DNA from: Centroscyllium fabricii
Taxonomy: Eukaryota
DNA length: 64,000 nucleotides
Reading direction: 5' to 3'
NCBI GenBank assembly: GCA_051313645.2
Contig: JBNRSN020000010.1
Span: 9,362,001-9,426,000, forward strand
Part shown: positions 38,345 to 51,375 of the stretch, piece by piece
How positions within the stretch are numbered: the stretch's first letter is position 1
Layout: each line of letters begins with the position of its first letter
The notes under the pieces: generated by a model
What the model was told of the DNA's origin: nothing
Seen by the model: only the letters and a program-made list of their open reading frames with translations
Database searches by the model: none
Made by a program: the position numbers and the translations under genes

Positions 38345-38548
38345 AAGGAACTCACACAACAACAGCTTACAGTCCAACAATTTTATTTAAAATAACAAAC
38401 TTTCGGAGCACTGCTCCTTCACCTGACGAAGGAGCTGCGCTCCGAAAGCTTGTGATTTCTAATAAAACTGTTGGAGAATAAACCTGATATTGTGTGACTA
38501 CTTACATTTGTCCACCCCAGTCTAACACAGGCACATCCACATCATGGT
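38345..38548 (+). mobile_element. Penelope-like terminal-repeat fragment in inverted (palindromic) arrangement
   Basis: Arms ~38350-38420 and 38424-38500 are imperfect reverse complements; gttatt.aagg duplicated at the ends; same family as 7350-7440. Confidence 0.75.
38419..38455 (+). ncRNA. Minimal type-I hammerhead ribozyme motif
   Basis: UCAC-CUGACGA-a-GGAGC(ugc)GCUCC-GAA-AGCU-U-GUGA: stem I, core, stem II, palindromic stem III. Confidence 0.75.
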
Positions 38549-38719
38549 TATTTAAGGTAACCCTGTTCCTCTTGTAGTTGTAGTAAACATAAGGTCATAA
38601 ACACATAAGCAATCGGAGCAGGAATAGGCCAATCGGCCCATCGAGCTTGCTCCGCCATTCAATAAGATCATGGCTGATCTGTTCCTAACATCCAATCGAC
38701 TATCAGAGAACCATCTCAG

Positions 38720-39135
38720 AATCTAACATAATTGGACACACAAAATAGAAGCAGGATCAGACTACACGGTCCTTGGGCCCACTCCACTACCCATAGGACC
38801 ATGGCCGATCTGAAGCTAGACTCATGTCCAAATTACTGCCCGCTCCCCGTAACCCTTAATACGTTGTACTTCTTGGAAAATGGCTATTTCTGTTTACAAT
38901 TTATGTAAGGATGTAGTTTCTACAGATTGTTGAGGCAACATGTTCCATGGACCTACTACCCTCTGAGTGAAATAGCTCCTCCTCATCTCAGTTTTGAAAG
39001 AGGAGCCCCTTTTTCTAAGATTGTGCCCCCAAGTTCTAGTTTTACACATCATTGGGAAGATCCTCCTCGCATTCACCGGATCCAAACGCTTCACAATCTT
39101 TTATGTTTCAGTAAGATCGCGCGTCATTCTTCAGT
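38720..39135 (-). mobile_element. CR1 3' fragment
   Basis: ORF 38894-39094 (GHNLRKRG..FKTEMRRSYFTQRVV.PWN.LP). Confidence 0.8.
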
Positions 39136-39357
39136 TTCAGTCATGCGTCCATTCTGGAAAATTATTACCAATGCATTCACAATAGCTACCTATCCAAGGA
39201 TGTGCAGGTTAGGTTGGTTGGCGATGATAAATTGACCCTTATTATTAGGGGGATTACATATGTGAGGGTTACTGGGATAGGGTGGGATATGTATATGTGC
39301 AGGATCGGTGGGCCGAAATGGCCTCTATCTGCACTGCAGAGATTCAATGATTCTATG

Positions 39358-42300
39358 TGTTGGGAAGCAATGTATTGCTCTGTTTGGCTCTGTACTGTAA
39401 ATAGTGACGTGTGATGAACCACGTTATTGCTCTTTAATGTATTTAGTGCACTGTGTGGTATACGTCACCTCTTGCCGACCAGACATCCACCTGAGATGAT
39501 TCAGCTGGCTCCACTACTTGCCTCCACCTGCAGACTGCCGTATATCGGTTGCAGCGCGGCTGACCTCATGACATTTCGGGCCCGGTTAGTGACGAGACCT
39601 GTACTCCAGTTCTTTAGGAAATAAAAGCCTCAGTTATATTCTTAACATCGACTTGAGTTTTATTGATCGTGCATCAATTTTATTACCAAACATTTTCGGC
39701 AATGGACAACATATTGATACCTGGGGCGGCACGGTGGCACAGTGGTTAGCACTGTTGCCTCACAGCACTGGAAACCCGGGTTCAAATCCAGCCTCGGTTA
39801 TTATCTGTGTGGAGTTTGCACATTCTCCCCGTGTCTGCATGGGTTTCCTCCGGGTGCTCCGGTTTCCTCCCACAGTCCAAAATGTGCGGGTTAGGTTGAT
39901 TGTCCATGATAAATTAACCCTTAGTGTTAGGGGGTTTGAATATGTGGGGTTACGGGAATAGGGTGGGACATGTGTCGATGGAGGCTCGGTAGGGATCGAA
40001 GGATATGGGGAGAGGGCAGGGGCAGGGTGCTGGGTTTCGATGATCAGCCATGATCTCATTGAATGGCAGAGCAAGCTCAAAGGGCCGAATGGCCTACTCC
40101 TTTTTCTAGTTTCTATGTTTCTATGTTTCTATGCTTGCCTGGAGTTGCAACCACATGCTCCGGGAAACTCCAGGAGATTCGCCCACTGGTTCAATCTGTT
40201 CAAGCTCTTCTTAGATGCCTCCAATGTGAAGGCACCACCGAAGACCAGAAATTGGCGGTCCTACTAGCCCATGTGAGCCGAAAAATCTACTCGCGAATCG
40301 AGAGCGAGTTGACTTGCGATAGCACCCATAAGATCCTCAAGCACCGGGTCACGGCCTGGACAAATGAAAACTACACGAGACACCTACTACTGTGCCACAA
40401 GCAGCAGACTGGTGAGCCTACTGTGGACTTTGTCACAGAACTGCAGACGCTCACGCAGGCTTGCAACTTCCAGGAGGTTACTGCCCAGGCCCACGAGGAT
40501 GCACTGGTCCACAATGCTCTGGTTGCGGGTATAAGATACAACTACAACCACCGGCGGCTGTTTGAGCAGAAGAACCCTGAACTATAAGGCGATATGGATC
40601 TCGCACACTCCCTGAAATTAGCGCATCGGAAAAAAAAATCCAACGAACATGCCGACGACCTCATGGGCAACACGGGCACAGCCCTTTCTGATGGTAGGAC
40701 CGACCCCCACCGCGCCTCCCTGCTAATGTCTGCAGCTGTATCCAGCGACCAGAAATGCTGCTTCTGTGGCCAAACAAAGTCCCCAGGCAGCGCTGCACGG
40801 CGAGATCGGCAACGTGCTCAAGCTGCAAGAAGATGGGACACTACGCCAGCGTCTGCAAGGCGAGACCATCCCACAACCCCAGCAGCACTGCGTGTGGTCC
40901 AGCAGAGAGGCCATCTTGGAGTGGCCAACTTACCCCGCCGCGTGGTAAGCAAGCGGGAGGCCGTTTTGAATCGGTTGGCCATTTTGTCTCTCCCCCGGCC
41001 GCGAGCGAACAGTGGGCCCCGGCAACTTTGATCCGAATGCCGGGCGGCCAGCTTGTATCTCCTCTGGTCGCGGGTGAGCACTGGACGCCGCCATCATTGA
41101 TCTGGATGACGCCATCTTGGAAGCTGCCGCCTGCGCCCGCCTCCCCCTATTCCCACGGGATGATTTCGACCGGCCTTTAGCTCAACTGGCCTCGATCACC
41201 CTCGACCAATCTCGACAACACCAGCCCGCCAGGTCCACAATGGACATCATGGAAACGGCCGCTCTACAAACTGCCATTTTGACTCGTCGATTACTGAAAG
41301 TGTTGTCCATCCGGATATGTTGTGGAAGCTTTCCCTCACGGTGCTCCCAGCGCGCCAGCGGAACTCCCTGGCCTCTAACACTAAAACAGCTGATGGCGGC
41401 AGCTGCTGCATCATTACGTTAACGGTGCGGGGCACCGTGTATGATAACTTGAAACTTTTCATTCTTTCCCACCTCTCCGCTGCCGTTCTGCTCAGGCTAG
41501 ATTTTCAGAGCCACCTGGACAGCGTCAGTATGAAATATGGTTGGCACCTCCCCCCTCTCACTGTATGTATCCAGCAGTTTTTAATGCACCAGCCACGCAC
41601 TGTCTGCAGCCTTTCGACAGTCAAGTTCGCCCCTCCTTCACATTTTGTTAACCTCACAACAAGACGGAAAGCCCATGAATACCAAGAGTAGGTGCTGCAG
41701 TATGTGGGATAGACAGTTTATCAAGTCTGAGGTTGAGCAACTACTGAAGGAGAGGGTCACCAATGCCAGCATGAGCCGCTGGAGAGCCCAGGTTGTAGTA
41801 ATCAAAACCGGAGCAAAGCACCGCCTGCTCATCGACTACAGGCATCCTGTCAACCACTTTACACAGCTAGATGCATACCCCCTGATGCGCATCTCTGGCA
41901 AGGTAATCCAGATTGTGCAGTACCGGTTATTCTCCATGATTGACTTTAAGTCAGCGTACCACCAGCTCCCCATCCATCCTGAAGACTGCTGATTCACCGT
42001 CTTTGAGGCGAACGCCCTTCTTTACCACTTCCTGAGTTTCCCGTTTTGCCTCACCAATGAAGTGTCCGCCTTCCAATGGGACATGGACAGTATGCTGGAC
42101 CAGAACGGGCTGCTGGCTACTTTCTCCTACCTCGGCAACGTCACTGTCTGCGGCCATGACTTCCAGGAATATGACGGCAACCTGGCCAAATTTCTCCAGA
42201 ACCCCCAAATCCTTACCCTCACTCATAATAAGGAGAAATGCGTTTTCCGCACCACCCGCCTCGCCATCTTGGGCTGTGCTGTAGAAAAAGGGGTAATCGG

Positions 42301-43830
42301 CCCTGAGCCTGTATGAATGTGCCCCTCCTGGAGTGTGCCCTTGCCCACAGTCCCAAATTCCTGAAAAGGTGGCTGTGATTTTTTTCGTACTACACCAAGT
42401 GGGTCCCCCAGTATGCTGACAAATCCCACCCCACATCAAATCCACCTTCATTCCCCTGGCGGACAAGGCTTGCGCAGCCTATAAGAGCATCCAATCACAT
42501 ATCGCCAAGGCGACCATGCACACCGTGGACGAATCAATCGCGTTTCAGGTGGAAAGCGATGCATCTGAATTCGACTTTGCCGTTACCCTTAATCAGGTCA
42601 GCAGACCAGTGGCCTTCTTCACCTGTACCCTCCAAGGCCCTGAAACCAGACACTCCTCGGTGGAAAAGGAAGCAAAGGCCATCGTGGAAGCAGTGCGGCA
42701 CTGGAGACATTACCAGGCTGGTAAAATATTTACCCTACTCACTGACCAGCAATCAGTGGACTTCATGTTTAATTAAAAAAAGGCGGGGTAAAATCAAAAA
42801 TGATTAAATATTGATGTGGAGAATTGAGCTGTCAACCTATAACTATGACATCTTGTACTGGCACGGTAAACAGAATGGGCCCTCAGATGCCCTATCACGC
42901 AAAATCTGTGCCAGCAAACAAGCGGATAGATTGCATTACATCAACGATGACCCCTGTCACCTGGGAATCACCCATCTCTTCCATTTAGTCACATCCCGCA
43001 ACCTGCACTACTCCATTTCGGACAACCGTTGCGATGCCAGGCACTGGCCGACCTGTGCTGCGAGCAAGCCACACTTCTATAGGCCAGATAGAGCTAACCC
43101 TATAAAAGCCACGTGCCTCTTTGAGCGCCTGAGCGTCGACTTGATAAGGTCCCTCACCTCTTCCGTCCGCAGCGTGCATATCCGCATGATCATTGATGAG
43201 TACTCAAGTTTCCCCTTCACCATCACTTGCCCTGACAAGACCGCAGCCACGGCCATCAGGTTTCACCACAGCTTCTTCACCATGTTCGGCCTCCCCAACT
43301 ACATCCACAGTCACCGGGGGTCGTCGTTCTTCAACGATGAGCTGTGCCAGTACCTGCCCTCCAAAGGTTTCGCAAATAGCAGGACCACCAGTTGCAACCC
43401 CCAGAGCAACGGATAGGTTGAGAGGGAGATTGGGACAGTCTGGAAGACCACCCTTCTAGCTCTTCGGTCCAGTGGCTTCCCAATCTCCCGCTGGCAGGAG
43501 GTCCTCCCTGATGTGCTCCATTCCATTAGTTTGCTGCTCCGCACTGCGACCAACGCTACCCCTCACTAGCGGATGTATTCCTTTCCCAGGTAGTACTCGC
43601 CGGGGACCTCGCTACAATCGTGGCTGACGTCCCCAGGGCCCGTCCTCCTTCGAAAACACGTGAGGGGCCTCAATCAGGACCCCCTGGTCGAAACGGTCCT
43701 GCTCCTCCACGCCAAACCCCAATATGCCTACCTGACGGGCGTGAGGACACCATCTCCATTAGAGACCTCGCAACTTCGGGTGCCCCTGTGACCACCACTC
43801 CACCCACCGTGGTCCTTTTGTTTAATTACA
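39358..43830 (+). mobile_element. Degraded Mag-like Ty3/Gypsy LTR retrotransposon (5' LTR 39358-39676; gag-PR-RT-RH-IN; no 3' LTR)
   Basis: Double Cys cluster in gag (C.FCG...C..RSATCSSCKKMGHYASVC), RT (IDFKSAYHQ), RNase H (VESDAS, SSVEKEA), integrase (HSHRGSSF, NPQSNG). Confidence 0.9.
39723..40132 (+). mobile_element. HE1-type SINE inserted in the Mag element gag
   Basis: A and B boxes, V-core and CR1-type tail; similar to 10748-11152. Confidence 0.9.
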
Positions 43831-44604
43831 TCGAGCTCAGGATCCACTCCATCTCTGCCTTCTGGTTGCATCTGCGATTCTTCCCCGAATTATTTGGTCG
43901 TGAGTAAAGAACTGTGTTTATCCAATACCCCTTTGAAAGTTATTATATAATCTGTTGTAATTGCCCTTTCAGACACTGCATTACAGATCAGAACAACTTA
44001 TTGCATAATCGTCGTCCTCACGCCACCACTGGTTAATTTTTTAATTAACCTAAATCTGTGTCTCTGGGTAGCGAACGCTCTACCAATGCAACCAGTTTCT
44101 CATTATTTTATCCATCTGATGACTTCATGATTCTGAAAAAATCAGCAAATTATATGCGCTAAGGAGAAAAACCCAAGTTTATCTGGTCTTTCCACGTGAC
44201 TGAAGTGTCCCGTCCAGCTAGCCTTCTATGAAATCTAATCTGCGCCCCCTCAATGGATTTGACATTCCGAAACTGTGGTGTCCATTATTGGCCAGAGTAA
44301 ACCAGCTGAAGCCTAAGCAATGTCTTATACAGGGTTAGGGAAGCGACGAGTGTACAGGAATAACCGTTTGAAAAATCTCTCCCTCTAGCCGTGTTATGAT
44401 TGATTCCAAAATTAAATAATTTCATACAAAAGCAATTGAGTTTTACCCTCAACAGTACTGCTTTGCATCACTATTAATTTCCCAGGCAAACGCAGGTGTA
44501 ATATATATTTTGTTCACCAGAATAACTTGAGAGAGAAGCAGGGAGAAATGCCATTTAAGAGTCGATGTGGCTTTCCATCTTGCGAAGTGTCACCAAAAGA
44601 CAAT

Positions 44605-46366
44605 GGGCCCTGTTTTCCTGTGCTCCAGAGGAGCTGCACACTCACGAAGGGGGTTGAGAAATGCCCCGTAGGTGTGCAGCACGGGGGATGCCCACGGACG
44701 TCAATTTGCTGTGCTGATGTGCAAGGACCTTCAGCTTCCAACGCAGGAAAACCTTGCACTGACGATTTCCTGTAAGAACTGGTCAATATGCTTGTGTCAT
44801 CACGTGGGCAAGTCTCTCTGCCGCTGCACATCTAAGAATCAGTCGTTGCTGGTGCTGTAGTGCGTTCAGAACGGGAGAAAAACTCTGAAAAGCTTTAAAA
44901 GGTAAGTTTTTTGTTGGTTCCTTTGGTGATGGGCAAGGACCTCCAGCTTCCAAATGTGAGGTCATCCACTTTGGGGGCAAAAACAGGAGGGCAGATTACT
45001 ACCTAAAGGGCAATAGATTGGGAGATGGGGAGGTGCAGAGAGACCTGGGTGTTCTTGTACACCAGTCGCTGAAGGCGAGCACGCAGGTGCAGCAGGCGGT
45101 TGGGAAGGCAAATGGTATGTTGGCCTTCATATCAAGAGGGTTCGAGTATCGGAATAGGGATACCTTACTGCAGCTGTACAAGGCACTGGTGAGACCACAC
45201 CTCGAGTATTGTGTACAGTTCTGGTCGCCTCGTCTGAGGAAGGATGTTCTTGCCATGGAAGGAGTGCAACGGCGTTTCACCAAGCTGATTCCAGGAATGG
45301 CAGGAATGACCTACGAGGAAAGATTGTGTGGCCTGGGCTTGTACTCATTGGAGTTTAAAAGATTGAGAGGCGATCTCATTGAGACGTATAACATTCTGAA
45401 AGGTCTGGACAGGCTAGATTCAGAGAGAATGTTTCCAATGTCGGGGGAGTCCAGAACCAGGGGCCACAGTCTAAGGATAAGGGGTAAACCATTTAGGACA
45501 GACATGAGGAAGAATTTCTTCACTCAGAGAGTGGTGGGCCTGTGGAATTCCCTGCCACAGAGGGCGGTGGAGACCAGTTCATTAAACATATTCAAGAGGG
45601 AATTGGATATATTCCTTCAAGCTAAAGGGATTAAAGGTTATGGAGAAAAGGCGGGGACGGGGTACTAGCTTGCTAAAGATCAGCCATGATCTCATTGAAT
45701 GGCGGAGCAGGCTCGAAGGGCTGAATGGCCTACTCCTGCTCCTATCTTCTATGATTCTATGATTCTATGATGTGTGTGTGGTGTTTCAACTTTTGAATTG
45801 AAGTGATTTTTGGGTTTTGAGCTGTTTGCTGCCTTTTCTTTTTTAAAGACCGTTTTCGTAAAAAATAAACTATCTGCTGCCTTCTAACTGTGTGTTGTTT
45901 GAACTGTTCAATTTGAGTGATTCTAAAGTTTTAAAAAAAATAAAAAACAACGGGTTTTTAACTGTTTTACAGCCTTTTCTTTTTTAAACACTGGTTTTTG
46001 ATTCCTAATATAAAATATAACTAGCAGCTGTCTTCTCAGATAAGTTTTTTAAAAAAATCACAGAAAACGATCAAAAGTAAGCAATCATACCTAGAGATCT
46101 TTTCAGCTGCTGAGCCTTTCCTTTCTGCAAGATTCTGTGCGTTCTGTGGGGGCGTGTTCAGAAAAATCGGACCTCAGTGGGCGTGGCTTGGTCATAGCCC
46201 AGGAAGAAAACTCAACGCAGCAGGAGAAGCCAGATGGCTATGCAACCCATGAAGACGGCAAATGTTACAGGAAATCGAAGAGAAAAAAATTAAATAACGT
46301 GCGCGTGCATCGCGGGTGTGCAGGAGCGCGCACCCACAGCAAATGTAGCACAGGAAAACAGGGTCC
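44605..46366. mobile_element. PIF/Harbinger-type MITE interrupted by a CR1
   Basis: TIRs gggccctgttttcctgtgct / agcacaggaaaacagggtcc; perfect 3-bp TSD AAT (44602-44604, 46367-46369). Confidence 0.85.
44952..45770 (+). mobile_element. Young 5'-truncated CR1 LINE
   Basis: Uninterrupted ORF 45018-45668 (RDLGV, RPHLEYCVQFWSP, FFTQRVV); (TTCTATGA)n tail. Confidence 0.95.
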
Positions 46367-47774
46367 AATGTCAACTCAGCTTTTCAATGGGATGAGGGGA
46401 CATCCTCTGAAGTCACGTGTACAGAAAACAAGCTTGAAGTTAATTGAAAGCTTTAAAGCGGCAACATAAACTTGCTTAAAGTCTACAAATAGCTAACAAT
46501 ATAAAATATTTCATAGGTCGTGGGAATTTTGTGTTTTAGAAAGTAAATAAGGAAAAGTTGATCACAGTGGCAGAGTGTCAGTAACACATTGAAGGAAAAG
46601 GGCGACTCGATATGATCTGGAAGGTATTGCTTGAACGGGTGGTGGAAGCCGATTGAATAATAACTTTCAAAAGGGGATTGGATAAAAACTTGAATGGAGG
46701 AAAATTGCGGGACTACGAAGAAAGGGCAGTCTGTCTAATTGGATATCTCTGTCAAGGTGCAAACACAGGCACGATAGTGTGAATGACCTCGTTCTATGAT
46801 GCTATGAATTGGTACTGCGGAGATTGAAGCAATCTTCGGCCTTTTTTACTTTTCTAATTACACAACCTGATATAACCTTTCAAATTATATTTACATCTGT
46901 TCCCGTTTGCAAAGATCAGATGTTATCCTGTAATTGTAACATTGGGCCTGCTGCCGCGCTGTAGCTCCTGTGTTTTGGGGGCTGCTCCCTCCTCAGCCTG
47001 GAGTGAAGAGAAGATTCAACGAAATTATCTTCTAGACTTCCAACATTGCTATCAGTGTAGTTATCTAATGGGAATATTCAGACTTGCATACGGGGGCTGA
47101 CTAACATCTCCCGCATACTGTAATATGCTTTCAGCTGAGGACAAGTTATTGACGCCCTCTGGGTGGTCGCCTAATATTGAGATAATGGGGATATATTAGT
47201 CTGCGTTACTTTCCACCCGACTTTAATTTCCATTTAATTTAACTGGAGATAAAATCGGGAGGAACGTAAAACGACCTTCCGAAGCCCGTTCAGACCAAAT
47301 AGCTGAGTTCAATTCCGCTCCCAATACTTTTCATTGGTCAAATATTGTTTAAAATCTAAGCGTCGATCTGAGATTCCCCTGCAAATGTGATGTCGCTGTA
47401 GTTACGAATGTTCTTTTTGCCTGAATTGGTCTTATTTCTGTTTGCCCTTAGCATATACTTGCAACTGATCCACAGATATACCGTTTCACTTTCGTACTCA
47501 TTCCCAACCTGCTAGTAATGTTGGTGCTGCTGATATAATATATTCGATTACATTTTTGTGAGCAAAAAATTGTGGAACCATTCCAAAATCATAGTCAATA
47601 AGGTCTGTCGTTATAAGATCATATTACAAAACAGTATTTACGGCGTTGCTGAATATTTACGCTAAAAATGCAGAATTTGGTATTTACCTCCCAAAGGTAT
47701 TGCATTGAGATATATTACGCCAGTTTAATGTATTCAGCAAAGGAACCGCGCCCAACTTTCGTTAGACTTATTTT

Positions 47775-49400
47775 GTTTGTTACTGAGATGCTGACGTCCC
47801 TGGCAAGTCCAGCGTTTATTGCTTGTCCCTAATTGCTCTGGCGAAGGGAATGGAGAGCTTCTTTCTTGAACCAATGCAATCTGAGTGGAGTTGTTGCACC
47901 CAGAGTGCTGCTGGATAGGGAGTTCCTGGATTTTCACCAGCGACGCTGAGGGACAGGTGGTGTATTTCCAAGTCAGGATGTTGTGTGACTGGGAAGGGAA
48001 CTTGGAGGTATTGGTTTTCCCATGTGTCTGCAGCACTTCTCCTTCTAGGTGGTAGAGATCGCTGCTTGGGGAGATGCTGCCGAAGAATCTTTGAGTAGTT
48101 GCTGCATTGCATCTTGTAGATTATACACACTGCAGCTACTGTGTAGCCGTGGTGGAGGGAATTCATTTTTAAGTTGGTGGATGTGCTGCAAATCACGAGG
48201 CCTGCTTTGTTCTGGATGGTATTGAGCTTCCTGAGTGCGGTTGGAGCGGCACCTTTCCAGACAATTGGAGAGTACGCCATCACACTGTTCACTTGTGCAT
48301 TGTAAATGTGGAAAGGAATTGGGAAGTCAGGAGGTGTCACACTCGCCGCAGAATACAGTCATTGACTTGTTCTTGTGGCAACAGTGTTTCTGTGGCTGGA
48401 TCAGTTATGTTTCTTGTCAATGGTGACCTCCATGATGTTGATGGTGGTAGTTTCGGCAAAGGTAATGCCATTGAATGTCAAGAGCCGATGATCAGATTCT
48501 CGCCTTTTGGAGATAGTCAATTAATGGTGTTTTTGTGGCGCGAATATTTGTTCCTAATTATCAAAACACGTCTGAATGTCGGCCAGGTGTTGCAGGATGC
48601 GGGCATGGTGTTTTTCTTTATCTGCTGAGTTGCGAATGCAACCGAACACTTTGCAATCATCAACAAACTTCTACACTTCCTACCGTATGATGGAGGCTAG
48701 TTCATTGATGAGCCAGCTGGAGTTGGTCGGGCGAAGGACACGGTCCTGAAGTTCTAATGTAGCGATCTATTCTGCCATAGATGCTTGAGCTCCAGCAACC
48801 ACACGCAACTTCCTCTGTTTAAGGTGTGATTGCAGCCAGAGCAGATTTCGTTCCCGAATCACATGGATTATAATTCACCTTGTCTCCTTGAAATCGCACT
48901 CGGTGAAATTCAGCCTCGGTGTCAAGGGAAGCCACTCTCAACTCATATCCGTAATTAAGTACATTTAGCCATGTTTGAAACACGGCTGCCATGAGATCTG
49001 TAGTCCGCTGGCCCTGGCAGAATGCAAGCTAAGCATCTTTGAGCAGGTGTTTGGTTAGAAAATGCAATTTGATAGAACTGTCAACAAACGGCTTCCATGA
49101 ATTTACTTACGATTGAGAGCAGAATGATTATGCTTTTTGAGAGCAGTTTTCCAAATTATCGGATAAATGTCAGTTTTGTAGCTGCTTTGGATCAGCTTGG
49201 TTCGATGCGCGGCTAGTTCTGGAGTCCCAGTCTTCAGAATTATAGCGGGGTGCTGTCGGGACTCATAACTCTTTCTGTGTTCACTGCGCTCATTCTTTTC
49301 TTGATATCACTTGGAGTGAATTCAATTGGTTCAAGACAGGCTTCTGTGATGGTCGGGATCTCAGTAAGAGGCCGGTATGATTCATCCACTCGGCTCTTCA
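47775..49400 (-). mobile_element. CR1/L2-group LINE, inverted duplicate of 19490-20995 retaining its 3' end
   Basis: ORF 47816-48340 nearly identical to 20537-20923. Confidence 0.85.
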
Positions 49401-49821
49401 GGCTGAAAGTGGTTGCAAGTGCATCAGACTTATCTTTTGCACTCGTCTGCTGGGCTCCGCCATGATTTCAGAAGGGGATGCCCGTTTGATATCTATGTCC
49501 ATGGAGATGGAACAACAGAACCAAATGTTCCGGCGCCCGCTACAGTGTATATGGGACTTGACTGAACGGAACAAGTAGCTGTGTGTCATGTTGTTGCCTG
49601 ATCTCCCTCCCATGGTTGAACATTCCTTCCAATACACAGTCGTGGTGTTGCCTGTTGTTGCAGAACAGACCATGCTGTATGCAAAGAGTGGAATGTGCGT
49701 GTATGTTTGATAAAAGGGCCATAGGTGTGCATGAGTGTGTTTCGTTTGGGTTTTAAGACCCTCTGGCCATTGAGTGAGTTTGAGATGGAGCGATGGAGAG
49801 ATGCTGAAAACGGTCACTCAC

Positions 49822-50059
49822 CCCGACGACCGTAGTGATGTCCTTGAAGTTTTTTCCACATTGTTCATAGGTCCTGGGCACCATGATCCTGGAGAAAACG
49901 AGCTGAGACACCTCCTTACAAAGACTTCTGTACTCGCGTGGGGAAGGTCTCCCGTCATTCACTGGAAACAGATTATGTTTTTTTACGCTACACTGCTCCA
50001 TCCAGAACTTCCAAGGCCCGCTCGGTGAAGCATTCTCCTCGCTCCCTGGCTCTCCCCAT
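49822..50059 (-). pseudogene. Harbinger-type Myb/SANT DNA-binding ORF remnant
   Basis: MGRARERGECFTERALEVLDGAV* then frameshift to KKHNLFP..DGRPSP...CKEVSQLV.SR..VPRTYEQCGKNFKDI, followed by a GTGAGT donor. Confidence 0.7.
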
Positions 50060-50413
50060 GGCTGGAAAATGTAGTTGCAGGTCTGTCGAGGCCGAAATGC
50101 AAGTCTCCAATCAGCAGCGTGTGGTTGGAGAGCGAGGCCGATCCCCCATTAAGACATTTCCAGAGTCAGTGCGTCTGTTCAGTCGGTAAATGTCAGCAGC
50201 TACGCTGCGCCCATGCTGTATGGTAACGCCTCACTCCTTGGCCACAGCACCGTAAGCGAGGTGTGTAGCGCCTGAATTAGCGTTCCAATCAGCCCCAGGG
50301 GCGAGAAAATCCAGCTTTATTTTTGGCAGCGCGAATTTCCACAAGGCGTTACATTTTGTGCTGCGCCGAGTATACCTCCCCCAAAAAGGTTGATATCGAT
50401 TTGTTCCCACATT

Positions 50414-51375
50414 AGGGTGAAAATCCACTATGGCCCCCTTTGGAGCGCCGTTGTGTGCGGTTCACGCAATTTAGCGCTTGCCACTAATTTTCGTCTCCAA
50501 CTGCAAACTTGGCTTTTAACGCACCTGGAGGTGATTGGAACGCTGAACCAGGCAGGACACAACTAGCTTAAGGCGCCAAGACCGAGGAGCACGGCTTTAC
50601 CTCAGAGCGCTGTGAAAGCTCACGTGATGTCAGTTATCAACAGACCACAGACACACTGGCACCGTCCAATTCTTTATGGAGTGTTCTGACGAACGTTCAT
50701 CGGCCTGAAACGTTAACACTGATTCTGTGTTCACAGATGTTGCTTGACCTGCTGAGTTTCTACTGCATTTTCTGTTTTTATCTTAAATCGGTAAGTTGAT
50801 CTTGCTCTCCATCCACATCCTGCTCATTGCAGCCTTGAATCTCGGCCTGGTGGGATAGGTACATCAGATCTGCTGGGAAGAACATAGTGGAGACCGAAGG
50901 GAAAGAGCAGGGAGTGCATTCCCCGCATTCTCTTCTAAATTGGTACAAGGAAGGACAAATCAAAATGAACCTGCAACGAACTGCTCAGTACCCAATACTT
51001 CTTTACACAGTGTTGAATTTCTTCAGATGTCTCTCTCTGACCCTCACAGAATGAGTGGTGCAAAAATGTCACCAAAATAAAACGGCAGGGAGTGCACCCC
51101 CAGACCCTTTAAAACTGCAACACGTTCCCCTAAACCTATCGTTGCTCGCAGTCGGTACGGCAGGGACCACCACTCAATCTCCTGTCCAGTGTGCAGCAGG
51201 GACAGTGACCACTCGAACGATATCACAATCTGCCAGCGCAGGGAATCGTGGAGGTCATGTTTAGCGCCGTCGCAAAATGTCTAAACTCGCTGGGCCTTGG
51301 CACCGCTTGCATAGCGCCCCCATTAGCGCCCTCCTACGGCGCTAACGGGAGGTGCAACTAACTGATTTTCCCCCC
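50414..51375. mobile_element. Composite Harbinger-type MITE, inverted homologue of 13634-14608
   Basis: Collinear reverse-complement similarity including the nested Penelope-derived piece (~50680-50778). Confidence 0.65.
50680..50720 (+). ncRNA. Hammerhead ribozyme motif with degraded stem II
   Basis: AGUGUU-CUGACGA-...-GAA-ACGU-U-AACACU: 6-bp stem I, core, palindromic stem III. Confidence 0.55.

Noticed and set aside
49753-50059. Host NAIF1/MSANTD-like gene
   Set aside because: Stop codon and frameshift within the domain; no further exons recognised
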